Origin: Bugula neritina
Lineage: Eukaryota; Animalia; Bryozoa
Assembly (NCBI GenBank): GCA_964035545.1
Contig: CAXIUT010000129.1
Span: 1-30,822 of the forward strand
Length of the DNA stretch: 30,822 bases
Reading direction: 5' to 3'
This document shows, one piece after another, positions 23,886 through 30,822 of this stretch. Made by a program: the position numbers and the translations under genes. How positions within the stretch are numbered: the stretch's first letter is position 1; each line of letters starts with the position of its first letter. A model generated the notes under the pieces. That model was not told where the DNA came from. It did no database searches and worked only from the letters and a program-made list of their open reading frames with translations.

Positions 23886-24677
23886 TCAATTTTTTCTTTT
23901 TCTTTTCTTTTTAACTTGATTCTATCGTTCTTTTATTGGATCATCTTGTAATAATATTTATTCATTATCATGTATCTACCATGCACTTATTTATTTTTTC
24001 CTTTCATATGAAGTTTGTTTTCTGTTAGAATATTTTTTATTAGATTTTAGCGGATAAGGATGACTATATTTTTACTTTACTATCTTTTACTCGGATATTT
24101 AATCTTTTCCATTTTTTTTATTCATTGCTGATAAAGGTCTTTGTTTTAGAATAATTATATATTAATTTTTCTTCTAGAATTTTTATCTTTTAGAATTTAA
24201 GTCATATTTAGTGTGATTTATTGATAAATCAACTTTATTTCTTTTCATTTTAGTTCCGTACTTTAAACTTTTCAAAAAATTACTTGCTTAATCATTTGCT
24301 TTCTTTTGATTTCTATAATATATTGAATCATCTTTAATATTATTTTAAGTATTTAATCTTTTAGGCTGATTATTGCTCTATTTAAGCTTTATTTTAGATA
24401 ATTCTACAAGATCCAAACTATTTAAAACCAACTCAGTTGCATCTAATTTTGAAGGAGAATATCTTTTAGATCCTTTGCTTATCTTTTTGGATTTACTTTC
24501 AGACTATTATGTGGCTTTTTTCAATTATCTGATACTTCGATACTTTGTCAAAGTTGAATTTAATCGATATTATGTCGAATTTTGATGACATACTTTCGAG
24601 TTCTTTTGACAATATGAACGAAAATTCTCTAATGTTAATTTTAAACGAATAGGATATTACTATGCCTACTTTTTCAT
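23886..24677 (-). CDS. Hypothetical Lys/Ser-rich protein (263 aa) or 3' exon of the preceding gene
   Basis: Open frame MKKEAEEYPIRLKL...VKKKRKRKN-TGA with an NLS-like C-terminus; only 47 bp from the upstream ORF's stop. Confidence 0.5.
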
Positions 24678-24724
24678 ACAATAAATTTTACATTTATATC
24701 ATAAAAGATAAATATCTTGAAAGT

Positions 24725-25330
24725 TCACAATACTTTCTGTGAAATACAAAGGTCGTTATTTTCGTTTTTTTTCTAAGAATTCAATATTTTCGCAGATTAG
24801 AAAGTTTCTTTTTTTTACTCTGGTAACACTTGAGTGATAGGAAATCCTTCGTCTCCGGTATTTTTATCGATATCTCCTTTTACAGCTTCAATAGATTTAG
24901 ATGAAGGTCCAAAAGAAGGTTTATCTTTGATCTACCTTTCTGACAATCTTTTACTTTATCTCTTTACAGTTGTTATTCTATTTTCCTCTATCACTCTATT
25001 TTCATTTGGATCAGCTTTTATCTCGATTATTGGAATTTCTTCAATGAATACTTCAGATTGATATTTCTTCTTATTTTAAAAATTCTACTTATTTTAGTTT
25101 TAACATCTTTTTTCATCTTCTGCATCATTTTTTACGATAGTCTGCTTTGGTTTAATGTTTTATTTATCTTCCAGAAATACTTAAGGAGATTCTTCTTTTT
25201 TTTAATTTTTCAAATTTTCATTCAAAAGATCAGATTCATGACATTTATTGAACTGAGCTTTATTTTCATTGTCAAGTAAAGGCGTTTATTGAGTTGGAAC
25301 GCCCATCATTTGAGAATTTTAACATCCCAT
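24725..25330 (-). CDS. Hypothetical Glu/Lys-rich protein with MGC acylation-type start (201 aa; may splice to the downstream ORF)
   Basis: Open frame MGCENSQMMGVP... to TGA; Glu codons TAA/TAG are frequent; no recognised domain. Confidence 0.55.
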
Positions 25331-25406
25331 TTTGTCCTTGTATTAAATATAAAGTCTTCGATTATAATTTTAAAATATTTATTTATGAAATTTATGTGCC
25401 TATAAA

Positions 25407-26306
25407 TCATTCTTTTCTTTAATTTTAGGGAAAATGCCATTCTTTTCCAGGAGTATAACGCAATAGTTCATAAAGTTATTTCCTTGTTTGCATACGATTA
25501 GCAAATTATTTCTGAGTGCCATTTGTTTTTAAATCAGTAAAAAACTCATCTATTGCTTTCATAGCTACTCTAAGAGTTGAAACAGGATATATCACACAGT
25601 TATATCCATAATCTTTAAAAGTATCAATATCAATGTAAGGAGTTTTCCCGAATTAAGTCATATTAGCCAATAAGAATACATCTTTTTTATGATTTTTAAG
25701 AGCTTTAGCAACTACTTTAAATTCATCAGCAGTGTCCAAACCTTCAGGGAAAATCATATCTGCTCCAGCATCAATATATGCCTTCGATCTATTGATACAT
25801 TCATCTAATCCGATCACTCCTTTAGCATCAGTCCTTGCACAAACTACAAATTATCCATCTGATACTTTCACAGATGTCTATCTAGCTATTTTTATCTTAT
25901 CGATCATTTGTTGAGTTGGAATCAGTTATTTTCCTCCAAGATGTCCACATCGCTTGGGAAATACTTGATCTTCTATATGTAGTCCAGCTGCTCCGGAATA
26001 AAACATATCACTAACTGTTCTGGCACACATTTCTCCTTACCCGAATCCAGTATCAGCATCGACAATAACAGGTAAATTAGAGAACATACTGACATCTTTA
26101 ACAACAGAGGTAAATTCTGAAAGAGTACGAAGACCAACATCTGGAACTCCTGATGAGGCAGTAAGAGCACCGCCTGAAATGTAAAGAGCTTTAAAGCCAT
26201 GCACAGCTGCTAGACGAGCTACTAAGCCATTATAACATCCAGGAACCATCAAGCATTCAGAAGAAAGGAGTTTTCTGAATTCTTTACATCTTGCAATTAG
26301 CTGCAT
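25407..26306 (-). CDS. prpB: 2-methylisocitrate lyase (299 aa)
   Basis: YISGG, GVPDVGL, DADTGFGE, HIEDQVFPKRCGH (the KRCGH motif typical of MICL), ARTDA, IFPEG, LANMTEFGKTP, YPVS; intronless. Confidence 0.93.
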
Positions 26307-27314
26307 TTTATTTCTGGTATAAATTATTAGTTTATTTAAATATTAACAAGAGCCTATTAATAGATTAGTCAAGGTTGATTGAATATTTAAATTATCTCAA
26401 ATATATTTAGAAGAATATATCATTTGTTAATAGCTTTTAAAAGAAAAATTATGATTCTTTTTGTAATCATACTTACTAAATCGATTTTTAACTTAAAGTA
26501 CGTTAATATTTTACAATACAAATATTAGAACATTTTTTATTATTTAGGATATCATGATATTCAGGTTGATGCTCTTGATATATATTCCATTATAGAAGAA
26601 AATGGTTAATTTTTTTATTATCTTAAATTCGATAAGGGCTATAGTTGACACATACTTATGGTGGTATAATTAATAAGCTTCTTGATCATTTTTATTTAAA
26701 TTATAATTCTTAATTTCTAATGTAAAAAGTTAAAAGATAGTAATCATAAAACATCAATATTTAAATGTTTTGAATAAGATGATGATTTTAAATATGAATA
26801 ATATGAATGTTTATGATTAGTTCTGAATCCTAATGTAATTTATGGTAGACTTTATTTGTCGATGATCATTCTGTAAACAACCTTCTAAAACTATTTCTAT
26901 TATATAGATCTTACTATTTACTTAGACTCATTGTCATTAATAGCATATTTAAAGATCAGCTTTATTCTATACATAATTTAACTAAATATCATCATCATTA
27001 TTTATTTAGCTGATAGTAAACAGTGATATTTATCAATTTTTGAAAGACTAAAGAAGATCTACAAAGAAAATCAAACAAAATAGATGATATTTTTTGAATA
27101 AAAGGTTTTATTTTTGAATAAAATTGGAAGTGTTTGGAAGAAGAATCAGATTTATTCATAACCAAATCATTCAAAAACAAATACAAAGATTGAAAAATAT
27201 AAGTATAATATAAATTCAAAGCTGTTATATGAATAACGGCACAATATGTTCCATTTATGGTGCATCAACTCGTGAATATTATATTAATTCAATTCTAAAG
27301 CTATCAACTCCAAA

Positions 27315-29989
27315 ATGAAGGAAAACACTGAAAAAGAACATCAATAAGTTAAATATCATAAAAATTAATAAAAAAATCTTTTTAACAATGTTAGCAAGCA
27401 ATCAGCATCAACAAAGGCAAATTAGGAAATGAAAGGCATAGAAAATGCTGATTAATTTTTTTATATTAAAAAAGAAAAGCCAGGTAGAGGAAGACCAAAA
27501 CTAAGTGCAAATGAACGTAAAGCCCGTTGCTAAAGAGTTTAAAGTTTCCAAAAAGAAGTTAATGCCAAACAGGCGCCTAAAGATAATTCATTTCCTGTAA
27601 AGTTATAGAGTATAAATAAAATTACAAACAAATAATAATATGCATCCCATAAACTAAAATAAAAAGAAAAAAAGAAAAAATTAAACTAACAACTAACTCA
27701 TATCAAAGAAGCCACCTTAATGTACATGTCTATCGATATAGTTTGGAACCAAAAAGTAAAAAAGAACAAAAATAACTGAAAAAAGCTGAAAAATTGAAAA
27801 ATATGAATAATATGAAATAAATCAAATAATAAGCTAGTTAGTCAGCTATTTTGTTGAAAAAAGAGCAGGATTAACAATTTTCAATAGAATTAGTAAACCT
27901 GTTTAAGGAAAAATATCCATTCTATATATCAGGAGATTCTTCAATTAGCTTTCCTATTGAAGATAGTCTTTTATATATCTACCCTGAATTTAATTCAAAT
28001 CAAATTAATAATGAATATGAAAATATTGAGAGTATAACTTAAAAATTACCTGATACTTTTGTTAAAGAGCTACAAATTTGGAATATTTTAGTTTAAAATT
28101 CTTCATTTTTTCAAATAAAAGAATAGATTTTAGTCACAGATATCCCTAAAATTGTAGCTATATTCTAATTTAGTTTCAAAACTATTAAGGATAACTATTT
28201 AACAAACTTTGGAAACAGTTCTTTAGATTCTTTCTTAATGACATATTATATCACCGGTATGAAGACTCAATGTCCGAAGACTATCATCCATTTATATCTC
28301 TATGGAGATATACAGATGAAAACTTATTCATTGACAAAGTCTTTAATACCAACTGGAACCTTTTTCTAATCTTTTACATTCGTTTAATAAAACCTAATTA
28401 TTCTAATACAAAAGTCATTCATGAACTCAATAATTTTGATGAAAAGATAAGTGAAGATTTAAGATAAGGAAAGTTTAATCTACCTGAATCTTATGATTAG
28501 ATGCTTGATTACTTGGTATTAATAATAAATATCTGTTTCTAAACACATACTTTCAAGTCATTAATAAATGGAAAAATGCTTTTCTTTAGAGATAATAACA
28601 AGATGAAAAATTAATTACTTTAAAACAAAAAAACTTAGTAAAATAACCTTTGGGAACTTAAATAAAATTAAAAAATCTTAATTAAAAAGTAAAAAGTAGC
28701 AAGAAAGTCTCAAAAGAAATAAATAAAAAACCAAAATTAAAGCAAAGTTTAAGATTATTAACAATAAATATAAGAAATTACTCAAGCAAGAATATAAATA
28801 CTCAATCGAAAGTAATATTATAATAAAAAAATTATTGATATTGATAATAAAATATACGAATTATGCTGTCTACCTTAATTTTCAAATGTTTGGCTACTAG
28901 GATAAGACAGAGATCGACATCTATATTGGTTTGTTCGTGAACAATAAAATGCTATCTATCGAGAAGATCATATTTCTGGAGAATGGAGCATCATAAAAGG
29001 ATAAAATATTGATAAACTTCATCAATATCTCAATCAAAAAGGAATTCGTTAACTTAAGTTATATTAAAAAATACTCTATTATAAGCAACTTGGGTATATT
29101 AAAACTGAATAAAACATCAATAATTCTGCTCAATAAATAAAAGAAGATGAAAATATGAAATAGGAGGGTAAATAGTAACTGAATTAACCTGATGTTCTTG
29201 TTTCAAAAATCTCAGAATAAAAAAATATTAAATTTTCAAATAAAAATAACAAATATGAAGGATAGTAAAAGATGACATTCGATTCAAGTGACTTTGATAA
29301 ATTTATTTATGGATAGTTTAATTTAGCTACTCCTTATATTGTGAAGCTAATGCTTCTAAAATGCGAATGGTTAATGACTAAATATCTCTATTAGCGTAAC
29401 TCTAAATGGACTTCTGAAGAACATCGTCAATAATATGTAAATAAGTCTTAATTCAGATCAACAAAATGATTAATTGCGATTTAAAAGACTATTCTATTTA
29501 TGATTAACTAACTAATGACCTTCGAATGTTCAATTAAAAAATATGTGTCGTAGAGATTCACATTAAAACTAATTAAAATGATGTTGAACTTAAAACAAGA
29601 AAAATACAAAGTAATAATGATATAATTTAGCTAAGATATGGGGAATAAATTAAAAATACAAACATTTTTGGTATTATTACTCAAGAAAATGTAAAATACT
29701 TTCTGATCTTCACTTTCTTGTTTCAATTCTTTACCTCACTGTTTAGAGATATGTAAATAAAACAAGAAAGCCTAATAACACAAAATATTTCTTCAAAACA
29801 GTCGAATTTGATTAAAATAATGATATGTGTTAACTATGCCAAACTATTGGATAACTTCAAAGTTGTTCAAACTGCGATTCTTTATTCCATATCGATTGTC
29901 TTTCTAAACATAGTGAATAATGTGCCAGAAAAATGAAGGAAGCTGATGAATTTGCTGATATAGAGATGGGTTTTGATTTAAATCCTTGA
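27315..29989 (+). CDS. BAZ/ACF1/Itc1-like ISWI-partner chromatin protein (AT-hook, DDT-like, WHIM/WSD, PHD-like; 864 aa; introns 27722-27741, 28154-28173, 29437-29456, 29611-29630)
   Basis: KPGRGRPK AT-hook; FPIED; LLGEDRDRHLYW and LNQKGIRELKL (WSD); CELCQTIGELQSCSNCDSLFHIDC (PHD-like). Four 20-nt introns give one continuous frame. The start codon is uncertain. Confidence 0.75.
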
Positions 29990-30092
29990 ATGATTATCTA
30001 TGTTTGTCTTTATTTCTAATTATCAATAACTACAAAATCAAAAACATAAATTGATATTTTTAAATTAAAAACTCATGATAATTGAATGGGAA

Positions 30093-30596
30093 TCATTTTA
30101 TTTTCATGGCATTTTATTGAGTGAAGTATGGAGAAGAACTTAGAGTAGATTCTATGAGATAAAATTGTTTTCTTCTTCGATTTTTGAGGAATAATTCATG
30201 AGCTTTCTTCTTCTCAATTTTCTTTTCTTCTTCCTAATTCTTGAATCTTTTGATTGATTAGGCCTTGATTCTGTGTTCTTCAGTGATTTTTTTGAGTTCA
30301 AATGGAATGAAGTCGAGGAAGAACTAAATAAAGAACTTTATTACAACCAAAGCTTATCCATGATCGGGAAATTGATCAGCAAGAAGTTCACAGTTATGAT
30401 TTTTGATTACTTTGGTGGGTGGATGGATCCATGTAGAAGGGGTATATTCACTACCAAGAAGTTCTTTGAGGTTGAAGCATTCGCGTATGAAGACTATACA
30501 TTCATCAAGGTTGACTGAATGCTATCTCTACCATAGAGGAACTAGAGTTTCTAAATCTTTTAGAGAAGAAGTCGAGGTATTTTGATTGCAGTACAT
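30093..30596 (-). CDS. Hypothetical protein (167 aa; possible in-frame 21-nt intron 30324-30344)
   Basis: Open frame MYCNQNTSTSSLKDLETLVPLWEREH...AMKIK-TGA with coding-like codon usage; starts 133 bp from the telomere. Confidence 0.65.
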
Positions 30597-30729
30597 TTGA
30601 ACTATTACAAATAATATAAAAGCCGGCAATAATAGATGACTTTAAGAAGATTTTTAATCTTAAATAAAACTTGATGAATAATAATTTCATTTATATTCGA
30701 AGATATTTAATATTTTAAAACTAAATAAA

Positions 30730-30822
30730 GGGGTTGGGGTTGGGGTTGGGGTTGGGGTTGGGGTTGGGGTTGGGGTTGGGGTTGGGGTTGGGGTTGGGGT
30801 TGGGGTTGGGGTTGGGGTTGGG
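30730..30822 (+). repeat. Right telomere, (GGGGTT)n
   Basis: Perfect G4T2 run to the end of the window. Confidence 0.98.

Noticed and set aside
26451-27314. TGA read-through (Trp) extending the BAZ-like gene upstream to ATG26451
   Set aside because: Four TGAs in ~290 codons is roughly what AT-rich random sequence gives, there is no recognisable homology, and no conserved gene here has an internal TGA
784-30596. Standard ciliate code (TAR=Gln) or UAA=Lys code
   Set aside because: TAA and TAG fall at conserved Glu sites (GNHEFD, NMTEFGKTP, GRTE, GIRE)
30273-30690. Track ORFs 30273-30518 (+), 30403-30585 (+) and 30505-30690 (-)
   Set aside because: They overlap a longer minus-strand ORF (30093-30596) with better codon usage and are treated as shadows

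Overview
This is ciliate macronuclear DNA, not prokaryotic. C4A2/G4T2 telomeres cap both ends (1-92, 30730-30822), and a third G4T2 tract lies internally at 19639-19702. The supplied ORF track uses the wrong genetic code. Invariant Glu positions in several conserved proteins are encoded by TAA or TAG, and every gene ends in TGA, matching the peritrich-type code (NCBI table 30, TAR=Glu). Re-translated by hand, the window is gene-dense. The first gene is a ~16.5-kb intronless gene for a ~5,500-aa secreted protein with a signal peptide, Cys-rich ends, degenerate cystatin-like repeats and 15 near-identical DUF642/CBM-like jelly-roll domains joined by acidic Ser-Gly linkers. It is followed by a DHHC palmitoyltransferase, a VPS20/CHMP6-like gene, a copine, prefoldin 4, a secreted 5'-nucleotidase, one or two hypothetical genes, methylisocitrate lyase (prpB), an AT-hook/DDT/WSD/PHD ISWI-partner-like gene and a small hypothetical gene. 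All eight introns required to restore reading frames fit 20 nt with an A at -6. The internal telomere tract sits in frame between an ATG and the copine ORF. All translations and family calls come from manual reading and motif recall; no searches were run.
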